64,000 bases of DNA from an uncultured Bacteroides sp. (GCA_964575865.1 CAZNSZ010000004.1:21178-85177); one strand, 5' to 3'; shown: positions 17,003 through 27,224, numbered from the stretch's first letter. Notes: generated by a model from the sequence alone, not told the origin. A program made the numbers and translations.

Positions 17003-17808
17003 CTGGTGCTCTTCACGATCAGTCCGGTCCCCGTGGGGTGTTTCATCCGTACATCTGCCAGATTGAGCAGGAAACAGAAGGGGTAAACCACCAGGTAATA
17101 AAAGGGAAGGAGGATGAAGAACACCCGGGATGCGTTCACCAGCAGGATGGGGAATTTCATGGACAGCTTCCAGGAGATCTTGCCGGGTGTTCCGTATGAA
17201 TACCTCAGGAGGTTCTCCCTGAATCCCGCACCCCGGAGTTTCTCCTCCATGTCACCGATCCCGTATCCGTCCCTCACATGTTCGTCGATGAACGATTCGT
17301 CGTGTTCGTGGTGCACATCCGATCCCCCCTGGTCTGAAGGGGTTGAAATGAGCAACACCCCGCCTGGCTTCAGGGCCCTGTAATAGTTCTTAAGGACGGT
17401 CCGGTCCTCTTCAATGTGTTCCATCACATCGACGCACAGGATCAGATCGAATTCCTCCCTGGCTTCCAGGCGGACCAGATCGGCGTATTGAAACCGGATA
17501 CGGTCCCCCTTCCCGATCCCGGAGAAAAACCCGTTGCAATCGTCCACCTGCTCCTGTTTGAGATCGAGCCCGGTGATGCGGGCGGCGGGGAAAAGCCTGG
17601 AAAGGTAATACACATACTGGCCAAATCCGGATCCCGCATCGGCCACCGACTCAGGGGTGAATCCAGCCGCCTTCAATTCCTTCAGTTCCCTGCGGATGTG
17701 CCAGGAACGCAGCAACAGCAGGTCCAGCAGCCGGTAAAAAAGGATCCTGAGCGTCGGGGTACGGTTGAACAGGTGGCCAAGCCTTCGCTTGATGGGATCG
17801 TACTGCAT
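16999..17808 (-). CDS. class I SAM-dependent methyltransferase with a hydrophobic C-terminal tail
   Basis: 269 aa. Motif I VADAGSGFGQY, acidic loop ITGLDL, and motif ILCVDVMEHI. The last ~60 aa are hydrophobic (FPILLVNASRVFFILLPFYYLVVYPFCFLL). Confidence 0.7.
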   Translation of the reverse strand: MQYDPIKRRLGHLFNRTPTLRILFYRLLDLLLLRSWHIRRELKELKAAGFTPESVADAGSGFGQYVYYLSRLFPAARITGLDLKQEQVDDCNGFFSGIGKGDRIRFQYADLVRLEAREEFDLILCVDVMEHIEEDRTVLKNYYRALKPGGVLLISTPSDQGGSDVHHEHDESFIDEHVRDGYGIGDMEEKLRGAGFRENLLRYSYGTPGKISWKLSMKFPILLVNASRVFFILLPFYYLVVYPFCFLLNLADVRMKHPTGTGLIVKSTR

Positions 17809-17810
17809 GC

Positions 17811-18149
17811 TCAGTGGTTAAGGAGGTTGTCGATCCGGTCGATATAGTCCAGCGAATCGTCCAGGTAAAAATGAAATTCGGGAATGTGCCTCAGCTGGTT
17901 CCTCAGCCTGCCACCCATTTCGCTCCGGATCAATCCGGCCCTTGCGTTGATTTCCTTCACCGCCCCTTCGGCTCCCTCTGTGGGGAAAAGACTGAGATAG
18001 ACCCGGGCAATTCCCAGATCGGGAGTGATCCGGACCACGGTCACGGTCACCATCTTTCCAACGGTCAGTTCCGCTCCTCTTTGCTGAAAAAACTGTCCCA
18101 GTTCTTTTTGCAGCAGCCTCGATACCTTGTGCTGGCGGGTGGTAGTCAT
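17811..18149 (-). CDS. rbfA: ribosome-binding factor A
   Basis: Start moved to the ATG at 18149 (MTTTRQHKVSRLLQKELGQFF...), a typical RbfA N-terminus. About 112 aa. Confidence 0.85.
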   Translation of the reverse strand: MTTTRQHKVSRLLQKELGQFFQQRGAELTVGKMVTVTVVRITPDLGIARVYLSLFPTEGAEGAVKEINARAGLIRSEMGGRLRNQLRHIPEFHFYLDDSLDYIDRIDNLLNH

Positions 18150-18183
18150 GGGGGCAAAAGTACGTTTTTTCGATAACATTTTA

Positions 18184-18191
18184 TAGTTTTG
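18184..18191 (+). promoter_or_regulatory. candidate -7 promoter box (TAGTTTTG) for trpS
   Basis: Exact TAnnTTTG, 28 nt upstream of the trpS ATG (18220). A T-run lies about 20 nt upstream in place of a clean TTTG. Confidence 0.35.
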
Positions 18192-18219
18192 CACCTACCG
18201 ATAAAGCGCAGCAGAACTT

Positions 18220-19212
18220 ATGGATACAGTATTGAGCGGCATCAGGTCCACCGGGAACCTGCACCTTGGGAACTATTTCGGGGCGGTCAGGAATTTCGTG
18301 AAAATGCAGCACGAGAACAGATGTTTCTTCTTCGTGGCCGATTACCATTCCCTGACCACCCACCCCACCCCGGAGAACCTGCACAGCAATATCAGAACGG
18401 TGCTGTCGGAGTACCTGGCTGCCGGCCTCGATCCGGAAGTGGCCACACTCTATATCCAGAGTGATGTTCCGGAGATCCCCGAGCTCTATCTGCTGCTCAG
18501 CATGAATGCCTACGTCGGGGAGCTGGAACGCACCACCACCTTTAAGGAGAAGATCCGCAGGCAGCCCGAGAACATCAATGCCGGACTGCTTACCTATCCG
18601 GTCCTGATGTGTGCCGACATCATCATCCACAATGCGGACAAGGTCCCTGTGGGAAAAGACCAGGAGCAGAACCTGGAAATGGCGCGGCGCTTTGCCCGCA
18701 GGTTCAACCACACTTACGGGGTGGAATATTTTACCATGCCCGAACCGTACAATTTCGGGGAGGAACTGGTGAAGGTGCCGGGTCTGGACGGTACCGGAAA
18801 GATGGGGAAAAGCGAAGGAAACGGGATTTACCTGGCCGACGATCCGAAATCGATCCGGAAAAAAGTGATGCGGGCAGTGACCGATGCCGGTCCCCAGCAG
18901 CCCGGTTCACCCATGAGCGAGCCTGTGGCCAACCTGTTTTACCTGCTCGGGCTGATGTCCACCCAGGATACCGTGGAACACTTCAGGGCGGCCTACAACG
19001 ACTGCACCATCCGTTACGGGGACCTGAAGAAACAGCTGGCAGAGGATATTATCCGGTTCACCTCCCCGATCCGGGAACGGATCCAGGAGATAAACAGCGA
19101 TGATGCCTACCTGGGCAGGGTGGTCAGGATGGGAGCGGAGAAGGCCAGGGAAAGCGCCTCCAGGACGCTGCGTGACGTTCGGGAGATCATCGGTTACAGG
19201 CCTTTTTATTAA
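18220..19212 (+). CDS. trpS: tryptophanyl-tRNA synthetase
   Basis: 330 aa. SGIRSTGNLHLGNY (HIGH-type motif), KMGKS (KMSKS motif) and GKDQEQNLE. Confidence 0.95.
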   Translation: MDTVLSGIRSTGNLHLGNYFGAVRNFVKMQHENRCFFFVADYHSLTTHPTPENLHSNIRTVLSEYLAAGLDPEVATLYIQSDVPEIPELYLLLSMNAYVGELERTTTFKEKIRRQPENINAGLLTYPVLMCADIIIHNADKVPVGKDQEQNLEMARRFARRFNHTYGVEYFTMPEPYNFGEELVKVPGLDGTGKMGKSEGNGIYLADDPKSIRKKVMRAVTDAGPQQPGSPMSEPVANLFYLLGLMSTQDTVEHFRAAYNDCTIRYGDLKKQLAEDIIRFTSPIRERIQEINSDDAYLGRVVRMGAEKARESASRTLRDVREIIGYRPFY

Positions 19213-19242
19213 AAATAAAAGTCCGCCTTGTTGGAGACGGAC
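19211..19242 (-). terminator. hairpin plus T-run in the trpS/ung convergent spacer (T-run oriented for the minus strand)
   Basis: GTCCGCCT...AGACGGAC (19221-19242) forms an 8-bp stem with one mismatch. The plus-strand aaaaataaaa (19211-19220) becomes TTTTATTTTT after the hairpin on the minus strand. Confidence 0.45.
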
Positions 19243-19317
19243 CTGGCCCCGAATTGATCAGGGAATATGATTGGATGAACTGTCACCATTTAAAATGCAA
19301 ATAGCATGCCAAAACGG

Positions 19318-19995
19318 CTAGATTGCCCAGTCGATCCGATCTTTTCCCTGCCCTTCCAGAAAGGCATTGGCCTTTGAAAAATGTTTGCATCCGAAAAAAC
19401 CATTGTGAGCCGACAGCGGTGATGGGTGGGGTGCCTTGAGAACCAGGTGTTTCCGGCCATCAATCAGGGACTCTTTGGCCTGTGCATACCGTCCCCACAA
19501 CAAAAAAACAACCCCCTCTTTCAGGTCCGACACCTTTTCAATCACCCGGCCGGTAAAGGTTTCCCAGCCCCTGTTCTGGTGTGACCCGGCCTGGCCGGCC
19601 CTGACAGACAGGGTGGCATTGATCAGAAGGACGCCCTGCCTGGCCCACGTTTCCAGGTTCCCGTGGTCCGGAACGGGAATCCCCAGGTCATGCTTCAGTT
19701 CCTTGAAGATGTTCACCAGCGAGGGGGGCGGCGGGATGCCACGGGGCACCGAAAAACAGAGCCCGTGCGCCTGTCCCGGCCCATGATAGGGATCCTGGCC
19801 GAGGATCACCGCTTTCACCCTGTCGAACGGGGTATGATTAAATGCATTGAAGATCAGTTTTCCCGGAGGGAAGACCGTGTAGTGCGTCTTTTCCTCCACC
19901 AGGAATGCTTTAAGGGCAATGAAGTAGGGGGACTGGAATTCATCCCAGAGGACCCTTTTCCAGCCCTCTTCAATATCGGGATCAATGGCAGGCAT
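19318..19995 (-). CDS. ung: uracil-DNA glycosylase (family 1)
   Basis: Start moved to the ATG at 19995 ([20 protein letters not shown]...), giving 225 aa. Motifs GQDPYHG and HPSPLS are present. The 373-aa track ORF is an upstream extension with no Ung homology. Confidence 0.93.
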   Translation of the reverse strand: MPAIDPDIEEGWKRVLWDEFQSPYFIALKAFLVEEKTHYTVFPPGKLIFNAFNHTPFDRVKAVILGQDPYHGPGQAHGLCFSVPRGIPPPPSLVNIFKELKHDLGIPVPDHGNLETWARQGVLLINATLSVRAGQAGSHQNRGWETFTGRVIEKVSDLKEGVVFLLWGRYAQAKESLIDGRKHLVLKAPHPSPLSAHNGFFGCKHFSKANAFLEGQGKDRIDWAI

Positions 19996-20087
19996 GGAAC
20001 GGAAAGATACCAAAACTGCACGATCCCGCCAACACTTCGGGAAGGGAAGCTGTTGGTAATTTTCCCGGCAAACTTCTCTGAATTTCC

Positions 20088-20095
20088 TATTTTTG
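20088..20095 (+). promoter_or_regulatory. candidate -7 promoter box (TATTTTTG) for the 919-aa gene
   Basis: Exact TAnnTTTG, 17 nt upstream of the ATG at 20113. Confidence 0.35.
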
Positions 20096-20112
20096 GTACA
20101 AACTGGCCAGGT

Positions 20113-22872
20113 ATGTGGAAAAAGTATTTGTATGGAGGGATTCTGGCGGTCATCGTGCTTGGACTGGTCACCCTGTACCTGATAAAGAAACTGGACAGGA
20201 TCACCCCGGTGGAGGTGCTCCAGGCTGTTCCGGAGGATGCGATCATTTTTGCGGAGCGGGTCGATTTTGAGTACCTGGCCGAAAGCTTTTTCCCGGAGAA
20301 CCGCATATGGATCGATTTTGTCAATACCAGCGGGCTGGGAAGACTGGATTCTACCCTGTCGCTGGGGATCTCGCACATCACAGGGAACGAAGCACTCAGG
20401 GATCTGCTCTACAGGGAGGGGATCAATGTTTCCTTTCACCTGGTGGGAAAGAACAGGATCGTGCCCCTGTTCTACCTGAGCTACATCGGTTCATACAGCG
20501 ATCATGAGTTCGAACAGTTCATTCTGGAATTCCTGGAGAAGAATGCCATGATGAACGAAAGAAAGTATGAGGCGGAAACCATCTACGATTTTTCCGGAAG
20601 GCCGGGCCTGATCCCCGAGAAATTTTCCCTGGCCTGCGTCAACGGGCTCTGCCTGATCAGTCCCGTCTCCATGCTGGTGGAAGAATCCATCAGGACCATC
20701 CATGCCGACAGCGATCTTGCCGGTGACCGGGGCCTGCAGCTCATCAGGGAGACCGCAGGGCGGTTTGTACATGCCAACCTGTACGTGAATTATGACAGGC
20801 TGCCCCAGCTTTTCTATCCCCTTGTCAGGGAATCTGCCTGGGACGGGCTCAGGCTTTTTGCGGGGGTCGCCTCCTGGGGAGAGCTGGACCTGGATATCAA
20901 GGAGGATGCCATTGTCCTGAACGGAATGAGCCGCGCGGTGCCCGGGGAGGCACTCTTCCTTGCGACCCTCAGCGACCAGTCCCCGGTCAGGATGGAACTC
21001 CAGGACATCATGCCATCGGGGACCTCCTTCTTCATGCATCTCGGGATCAGTGATCCCGCAAAGTTCAGGGACCAGGTCACCGTCCATATGGACGATCTGG
21101 GGAAAGGCCCGGAGATGGCCATGGAATTGGATCGCCTGAGGGCCACCTACGGGATCGATCCCCTCAATGACCTGGTGAACATCCTGGGAGATGAGATGGC
21201 CTGGTTCGCCATCGAAGGGGAACCGGCCGCCGCCACAGACCAGGTGCTGATCATGGAGACCAGGAGCCGGAGCGAAACGGAAGACATCCTCCTTCACTGG
21301 ATCGAACAGTACCTGCAGGTCCATTCCTTCGACATGGACGCCTACCTCCACATTTACCAGCTGGATGACCAGACCAGTTACCGAATCTACAGGCTTCCTG
21401 AACCCTATTTCAGTGAACTGCTGCCTGGCAGGCTCTTCAATGCCTACGCAACGGTCTACGAGAATTATCTCCTGTTCGGGCCCTCGGTGGAGCTGCTCTC
21501 CAGGGTGATCTACCAGAATGTGCTCCATAAAACCCTGGTCAGTGATCCGGTTTACAAGGAGATGTCCGATTACCTGGCCAACCGGAGCAACCTCACCTTC
21601 TTCCTCAGGCCGTTCCATTATCTGGATCAGAAACGGGAATGGATGGGGGATGCGGCAACCGGATGGATGGGGCCCATGGAAATATTCCTCCGCAGGATCC
21701 CGGGAATGGTGGTGCAGTATACCACGGAAGGAGCACTCTTTTACAACAATGTGAATTTCAAGTATACCTCCCAGATCAGGGAGAAGGCAATGACGGTCTG
21801 GGAAAGCCTGCTGGATTCGACAGCCATCATCAAGCCGGCACTGGTCACCAACCATTACACCTCCGAAAAGGAAATCTTCGTTCAGGATGCGGCCAACAAC
21901 CTGTACCTGATCAACGGAACAGGCAGGATCCTCTGGAAGCAACCACTGGACGGAACGATCATGGGGGAGGTGGTTCAGGTCGATTACTACCGGAACGGGA
22001 AGCTGCAATACCTGTTCAATACACCCGGCAGGATACACCTGATCGACAGGAACGGGAATTATGTGGAGCGTTACCCCGTGTCGCTGAGGTCACCCGCCAC
22101 CAATGCCCTGTCGTTGTTTGATTATGACAACAACCAGAATTACCGCATATTCCTGGCAGGTGAGGACCGGAGGATCTATGTGTACGATATCGAAGGCAAT
22201 GTGGTTCCCGGATGGCGCTTCAACCGGACCGAGTCGGAGGTGGGGGGTGAGATCCAGCATTTCAGGATCGAGGACCGGGACTATATTGTTTTTTCTGACC
22301 GTAACCGGACCTACTTTCTTGACAGGAGAGGCGATGAGCGGATCAGGATCAGGGAGCAGCTGCAGCTGTCACCCGGGAACCCGCTGACACTGGATATGAA
22401 CATCCGGGAGGAAAGACCCCGGTGGATCTCTACCGATACCTCGGGCGCCGTGAGGGCCATCTACATGGACGGCACGGTCTCCACCCTGCTGGACGAAGAG
22501 GTAACCGGCGCACATTTTTTCCGTATGCAGGATATGGACAGCGACGGAATACCCGAATTCATTTTCGCAAGCGGAAATGAGCTGAACGTTGTCCGGCAGG
22601 ACGGGAACAGGATGTTCAGTTACAAGGTGAGGGACAGGATCAGTCACATGCCCGATATCTATAAATTCTCTGCTTCTGATGTCAAAATCGGGATCACCGA
22701 TCAGGGAAGGAACAGGATCTACCTGATCAACTCAGACGGGTCCCTCTACGAGGGATTCCCGCTGGAAGGATCCACCCGTTTCAGCATCGGTTATTTTGCC
22801 GGTTCCGACAGCAGGTTCAACCTCATTGTGGGCAGTGCCAACAACTTCCTTTACAATTATTCCATCGAATAG
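20113..22872 (+). CDS. uncharacterised membrane-anchored 919-aa protein with a C-terminal beta-propeller-like (FG-GAP/VCBS-type) region
   Basis: Start moved to the ATG at 20113 ([26 protein letters not shown], a single TM helix). About 600 aa carry no motif I can name; the architecture reminds me of DUF3352 (unverified). The last ~300 aa have repeated strand blocks and a DxDxDG loop ([11 protein letters not shown]). Confidence 0.6.
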   Translation: MWKKYLYGGILAVIVLGLVTLYLIKKLDRITPVEVLQAVPEDAIIFAERVDFEYLAESFFPENRIWIDFVNTSGLGRLDSTLSLGISHITGNEALRDLLYREGINVSFHLVGKNRIVPLFYLSYIGSYSDHEFEQFILEFLEKNAMMNERKYEAETIYDFSGRPGLIPEKFSLACVNGLCLISPVSMLVEESIRTIHADSDLAGDRGLQLIRETAGRFVHANLYVNYDRLPQLFYPLVRESAWDGLRLFAGVASWGELDLDIKEDAIVLNGMSRAVPGEALFLATLSDQSPVRMELQDIMPSGTSFFMHLGISDPAKFRDQVTVHMDDLGKGPEMAMELDRLRATYGIDPLNDLVNILGDEMAWFAIEGEPAAATDQVLIMETRSRSETEDILLHWIEQYLQVHSFDMDAYLHIYQLDDQTSYRIYRLPEPYFSELLPGRLFNAYATVYENYLLFGPSVELLSRVIYQNVLHKTLVSDPVYKEMSDYLANRSNLTFFLRPFHYLDQKREWMGDAATGWMGPMEIFLRRIPGMVVQYTTEGALFYNNVNFKYTSQIREKAMTVWESLLDSTAIIKPALVTNHYTSEKEIFVQDAANNLYLINGTGRILWKQPLDGTIMGEVVQVDYYRNGKLQYLFNTPGRIHLIDRNGNYVERYPVSLRSPATNALSLFDYDNNQNYRIFLAGEDRRIYVYDIEGNVVPGWRFNRTESEVGGEIQHFRIEDRDYIVFSDRNRTYFLDRRGDERIRIREQLQLSPGNPLTLDMNIREERPRWISTDTSGAVRAIYMDGTVSTLLDEEVTGAHFFRMQDMDSDGIPEFIFASGNELNVVRQDGNRMFSYKVRDRISHMPDIYKFSASDVKIGITDQGRNRIYLINSDGSLYEGFPLEGSTRFSIGYFAGSDSRFNLIVGSANNFLYNYSIE

Positions 22873-22901
22873 GAGCACATGCAACAGGTAAAACAACAGC
22901 C

Positions 22902-24392
22902 ATGGCCGTTCAACCCATTCAATCCGGAAAAATGACTACCAGGACCCTCGGTGCGCTTGTGATCGGATGCCTTCTGATCCTGAACGGCCTCCCTGCTCTT
23001 GCACAGATCAACAACACCCTCTATTTCATGGGAGGAGTGCCGCAGTCCAACCGGATCAATCCTGCCAACAGTCCGCTCTGCGGATTTTACCTCGGATTTC
23101 CGACCCTGGCACCCATGCATGCGCACCTCAACTCCAGTACCTTTGCCTATGACGATATCGTCTATCCCCATCCTACCGAAGATTCACTGATCACCCCATT
23201 TCATCCCCTGGGGGACAAGCAGGCCTTCGTGGATCAACTGAAGCCCCTGAATTTTGTGGTCTCTGACCTGGGAAGCGCCCTGTTCTCGCTGGGATTCAGG
23301 ACCAGGGCCGGTTTCTTCTCCCTGGATGTGACCTCCAGACTTGACGGCGACCTGTTCTTTTCGGGGGATATGGCACGGCTCATCATGGAAGGGGCTGTGG
23401 AGGGGAGGACCTACAGCTTCGACGGATCGGCCGTCGATCTGTCCGCTTTCGATGAGATCTCGGTGAACTGGTCGGGTCAGATCCTCCATAACCTGCAGGT
23501 GGGCGCCCGGGCAAAAATGCTGTTCGGGATAGGAAACGTGACCACACAGCAGTCAGAAATGGAGATGACTTACGGAAGGGATGTCTGGCAGATTGAATCG
23601 GATATGCTGTTCAATGCCTCCCTCCCCATGACAGAGTTCGTTTACGACCAGGATGGAAATATCGAGGACCTGGTCCTGAAGGAGGAGCTGGAGACCATTG
23701 ATCTGCGTGATATTCCCAGGTACCTGTTCAATACCCGGAACCTGGGAATCGGATTGGATGTGGGGGTCAATTACCGGCCATTCAGCGAACTATTGCTCAG
23801 CGCCAGTGTGACGGACATCGGGTTCATCAGCTGGAAGGACGAAGTGCACGAGGCGGCATTGAACGCCAGTTTCGACTACTCGGAATTTGACGGGAACCCG
23901 TTTGATATTCCCCCGGGGGTCTCCCTGATGAACCACCTGGACAGCCTGGCAGATGTGGCCCTGGACAGTGTGACCAGCTCACTTACCGTGACACCGGGCG
24001 GGGCATACAACACATGGCTGAATACCAAACTTTTCATCGGGGCCTCCTACCAGCTGGCACCTTTTTTTGGTGTCGGGCTGCTTTCCAGGACCGATTTCCT
24101 GCAGGATAAAGTGGCACAGCAATTCACTGCGTCGGCCAACCTTTCAGCTGGCCGTATCGTCAATTTCACACTGAGCTACTCCTATGTGAATTCCTATCTG
24201 AAAAATATAGGGGCCGGGCTGGCCCTGAACCTGGGTCCTTTCAACATGTATGTGATCTCCGATAATGCACTGAACCTGCTGTTCTGGAGAGAAGATACCC
24301 GGGCCGCCAATGTCTGGGTGGGAATGAACCTGGTCTTCGGGTACAGGGATGCCATGCGGAATGACAGGCAGGACAGGCCGCTGGTGTACTGA
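22902..24392 (+). CDS. predicted outer-membrane beta-barrel protein of unknown function
   Basis: 496 aa (an alternative ATG lies at 22932). Signal peptide ...LILNGLPALAQ. Alternating hydrophobic strands throughout. The C-terminal strand VWVGMNLVFGY and final residue Y fit an OM barrel. N-terminal NNTLYFMGGVPQSNRINPA resembles PorV/FadL/TraF-like barrels (from memory). Confidence 0.55.
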   Translation: MAVQPIQSGKMTTRTLGALVIGCLLILNGLPALAQINNTLYFMGGVPQSNRINPANSPLCGFYLGFPTLAPMHAHLNSSTFAYDDIVYPHPTEDSLITPFHPLGDKQAFVDQLKPLNFVVSDLGSALFSLGFRTRAGFFSLDVTSRLDGDLFFSGDMARLIMEGAVEGRTYSFDGSAVDLSAFDEISVNWSGQILHNLQVGARAKMLFGIGNVTTQQSEMEMTYGRDVWQIESDMLFNASLPMTEFVYDQDGNIEDLVLKEELETIDLRDIPRYLFNTRNLGIGLDVGVNYRPFSELLLSASVTDIGFISWKDEVHEAALNASFDYSEFDGNPFDIPPGVSLMNHLDSLADVALDSVTSSLTVTPGGAYNTWLNTKLFIGASYQLAPFFGVGLLSRTDFLQDKVAQQFTASANLSAGRIVNFTLSYSYVNSYLKNIGAGLALNLGPFNMYVISDNALNLLFWREDTRAANVWVGMNLVFGYRDAMRNDRQDRPLVY

Positions 24393-24408
24393 AGGGAAAC
24401 CCGGGGGG

Positions 24409-25158
24409 TTACTGTTTTTTGATCTTCTTGGCCATATTGGTGGCAAACACGAAATTGTTGAGGGCTTCATTGTCGGTGTTCAGCACCTCGTCGCGGGTCC
24501 CCTCCCAGCAGAGGCACCCCTTGTATATGTAGAGCACATGATCGCCGATCTCCAGCACAGAATTCATATCGTGTGAATTGACGATGGTGGTCATGTTGAA
24601 CTCCTCGGTGAGTTCCTTGATCAGGTTATCGATCACGATGGCTGTTTCCGGATCGAGGCCCGAATTGGGTTCATCACACAGCAGGTATTTGGGATTGAGT
24701 GCGATGGCCCTGGCGATGGCCACCCTTTTCTTCATCCCGCCGCTTAACTCGGCCGGGTAAAGGGAGTTGGACCCTTTCACCCTCACCCGGTCAAGGCAGA
24801 AGTTGACCCGGTCGAGCTTGGCCGACCTTGGCCGGGAGGTCAGCATATCCAGGGGAAACATCACATTCTCCTCGACGGTAAGGGAGTCGAACAGCGCTGC
24901 TCCCTGGAACAACATACCCATCTCCCTGCGTATGGCCTGCCTGCCCTTGATATCCAGGTGGCTGAATTTCTGGTCACCGAACCAGATCTCTCCCTCGTCG
25001 GCCTCCACCAGTCCGGCGATGGATTTCAGCAGAACGGTCTTCCCTGATCCGCTGCGCCCGATGATCAGGTTGCATTTGCCCTGAACGAACGTGGCAGACA
25101 CATCATTCAGCACGTAGTTCCCGTCGAAGCTCTTGAAAAGGTGTTTCACTTCGATCAT
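24409..25158 (-). CDS. ABC transporter ATP-binding protein (MlaF-like)
   Basis: 249 aa. Walker A GRSGSGKT, signature LSGGMKKR, Walker B LLCDEP. Its ATG overlaps the upstream permease stop (ATGA). Confidence 0.85.
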   Translation of the reverse strand: MIEVKHLFKSFDGNYVLNDVSATFVQGKCNLIIGRSGSGKTVLLKSIAGLVEADEGEIWFGDQKFSHLDIKGRQAIRREMGMLFQGAALFDSLTVEENVMFPLDMLTSRPRSAKLDRVNFCLDRVRVKGSNSLYPAELSGGMKKRVAIARAIALNPKYLLCDEPNSGLDPETAIVIDNLIKELTEEFNMTTIVNSHDMNSVLEIGDHVLYIYKGCLCWEGTRDEVLNTDNEALNNFVFATNMAKKIKKQ

Positions 25159-25895
25159 TGCAGGATGGTTCTGGTAAGAATCAGGTTGGCCAGCAGGATG
25201 AGCACGCTGCTCTGGACCACGGCCCTGGTGCTCGATTTCCCCACTTCAACCGCTCCTCCCTGCACATAGTACCCGTAAAAGGAGGAGATTGTGGTGATGA
25301 TCACGGCGTAGAAGGCGGTCTTGGTGACCGCATAACCAATGTAGTAAGGATAGAAGGCATACTGGATCCCGTAAATGTATTCGGAAGGGGGTACCACATT
25401 GGCCAGCACGCAGGAAAGGTATCCGCCGAACAGCCCCACCATGATGCTCAGGAGGCAGAGAACGGGAAAAAACAGCACCGATGCGATCACCTTGGGCAGG
25501 ATCAGGTAGGAAGCTGAATTGATCCCCATCACCTCCATCGCATCGATCTGTTCGGTGATCCGCATCATGCCCAGCTCGGAGGCGATGCTTGAACCCACTT
25601 TTCCGGCCAGGATGAGCGCCACCATGGTGGAGGAGAATTCCAGCATCAGGGAGTCCCTGACCGTAACGCCTATCAGGTACCTGGGCAACAGCGGGTTTTC
25701 GATATTGAAGTTGGTCTGAATGGTGATCACCGCCCCCACGAACAGGGAAATGATCACCACAATGGGGAAGGAGTTGATGCCCACTTTTTCCACCTCCCGG
25801 ATGGTCTGCCGGTAGAGTACCGAAATTTTTTCGGGTCTGCTGAAGGCTTTTGCCACCAGCATGAAGTAAATGCCTATTTGTTCAAGCAGACGCAT
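25155..25895 (-). CDS. MlaE-family ABC transporter permease
   Basis: Start set to the ATG at 25895 (MRLLEQIGIYFMLVAKAF...); the track starts at a TTG at 25928. Polytopic, with typical MlaE blocks (ASELGMMRITEQIDAMEVMGI). Confidence 0.8.
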   Translation of the reverse strand: MRLLEQIGIYFMLVAKAFSRPEKISVLYRQTIREVEKVGINSFPIVVIISLFVGAVITIQTNFNIENPLLPRYLIGVTVRDSLMLEFSSTMVALILAGKVGSSIASELGMMRITEQIDAMEVMGINSASYLILPKVIASVLFFPVLCLLSIMVGLFGGYLSCVLANVVPPSEYIYGIQYAFYPYYIGYAVTKTAFYAVIITTISSFYGYYVQGGAVEVGKSSTRAVVQSSVLILLANLILTRTILQ

Positions 25896-26050
25896 GTTCC
25901 CATACAAAAATAGGAGCTCTGGCCACAATAAAAACAGTTTTCATTCATTATTCTCTTAAACATCCATACCCGGCCGGCTGTTTATGAAAAAGCCATTATA
26001 TTTATTGGATACAGATAATCATACATTTTCAGAAACCTCCCTTTTCACAC

Positions 26051-27145
26051 ATGGATACCCATAATTACTGCGTGATCATGGCGGGCGGGATCGGCAGCCG
26101 GTTCTGGCCCCTCAGCAAAATCAAGAAACCCAAGCAATTCCTTGATATCCTGGGTACCGGCAGGACACTTCTTCAGCAGACCTTTGACCGGTTCATCCAG
26201 CTGATGCCCGCCGACCATGTATTTATCGTAAGCAACCTGGAATATAAGGAGCTGATCAGGGAGCAGCTGCCGGAGGTACCTGAGCAGAACATCCTCCTGG
26301 AACCGCTCCGGAGAAATACCGCACCCTGCATCGATTATGCCAATTTCCGCATCCAGCAGAAAGACCGGGATGCACGGATCGTGGTGGCCCCGTCGGACCA
26401 CCTGATCGTGAAGGAAGAGGAGTTTCTGCGCTGTGTGAGGGACGGACTGGAGTTCGTGTCGTCCAACGATGCCCTCCTCACCATGGGGATCGTCCCAAGC
26501 CGGCCGGAAACAGGATACGGATACATTCAGTCGATCCAGAAGGAGGTCTCCGGCTATGAGGGTACCGGGTTCCGGAAGGTGAAAACATTCACGGAAAAGC
26601 CGGACCTTGAGATGGCCAGGGTATTCCTTGAAAGCGGGGACTTCTACTGGAATGCGGGGATCTTTTTCTGGTCCCTGAAAAACATCATGCACTCCTTCGA
26701 AACCTACCTGCCGGAAATCCACACGCTGTTCAGGGAAGGGGAAGCGGTCTATGGCACCGAACGGGAGGCCGCCTTCATAGAAAAGACCTACGGGACCTGC
26801 AGGAACATCAGCATCGATTACGGGATCATGGAAAAGGCGGAAAATGTATTTGTGCTGATCTCCGATTTCGGATGGTCTGACCTGGGGACCTGGGGCTCCC
26901 TGTACGATCAGCTGGGCAAGGATGACGGGCGGAATTCGGTGACCGGGAAACATGTCTTCATGTACGACTCTGAAGGCAACATCGTGAATGTTCAGGACGA
27001 CAGGCTGGTGGTGCTGCAGGGGCTGAAGGATTATATCGTGGTCCAGAATGAGAACATCATCCTAGTATGTAAGCTGGAGGAGGAACAGAAGATCAAACAG
27101 TTCGTCAACGAGATCCGTTCGGAGCTGGGCGAGGGCATGTTGTAG
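26051..27145 (+). CDS. manC: mannose-1-phosphate guanylyltransferase (nucleotidyltransferase domain type)
   Basis: 364 aa. N-terminal VIMAGGIGSRFWPLS plus the GYGYI and DFGWSDLGTW blocks typical of ManC/CpsB-like enzymes. Confidence 0.8.
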   Translation: MDTHNYCVIMAGGIGSRFWPLSKIKKPKQFLDILGTGRTLLQQTFDRFIQLMPADHVFIVSNLEYKELIREQLPEVPEQNILLEPLRRNTAPCIDYANFRIQQKDRDARIVVAPSDHLIVKEEEFLRCVRDGLEFVSSNDALLTMGIVPSRPETGYGYIQSIQKEVSGYEGTGFRKVKTFTEKPDLEMARVFLESGDFYWNAGIFFWSLKNIMHSFETYLPEIHTLFREGEAVYGTEREAAFIEKTYGTCRNISIDYGIMEKAENVFVLISDFGWSDLGTWGSLYDQLGKDDGRNSVTGKHVFMYDSEGNIVNVQDDRLVVLQGLKDYIVVQNENIILVCKLEEEQKIKQFVNEIRSELGEGML

Positions 27146-27156
27146 GTAATCCTGAG

Positions 27157-27193
27157 AAAAAAAGTAAGAGGGTGCCCTTTTGAGGCACCCTCT
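27157..27193 (-). terminator. strong rho-independent terminator ending the porP-gldKLMN operon (may also stop manC from the other side)
   Basis: Perfect 10-bp stem AGAGGGTGCC (27167-27176) / GGCACCCTCT (27184-27193) with a 7-nt loop. On the minus strand it is followed by TACTTTTTTTC (plus-strand A-run 27157-27163). Confidence 0.8.
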
Positions 27194-27224
27194 CTGCATT
27201 GTATTCGGTTCGGTTGCGGAGTGT

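Noticed and set aside
19996-20439. N-terminal 148-aa extension of the ung ORF, with the mirror 150-aa extension of the 919-aa ORF at 19663-20112
   Set aside because: The two extensions overlap each other and the neighbouring gene. The Ung homology begins exactly at the internal ATG (19995), and the TM-anchored protein begins at the ATG at 20113. The extensions exist only because stop codons are scarce.
20491-22038. 515-aa minus-strand ORF antisense to the 919-aa gene
   Set aside because: It has shadow-ORF-like composition (H/P/G/R-rich with no hydrophobic core pattern). The plus-strand frame is longer (919 aa), has a TM helix and natural-looking domain structure, and is preceded by a promoter box.
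24055-24069. Sigma-54-like -24/-12 element TGGCAC-N5-TTTG (considered because rpoN is encoded in the window)
   Set aside because: It lies inside the OM-barrel CDS, the -12 element is not TTGC, and no downstream plus-strand gene exists because the next gene is convergent. I saw no TGGCAC-N5-TTGC in any intergenic spacer.
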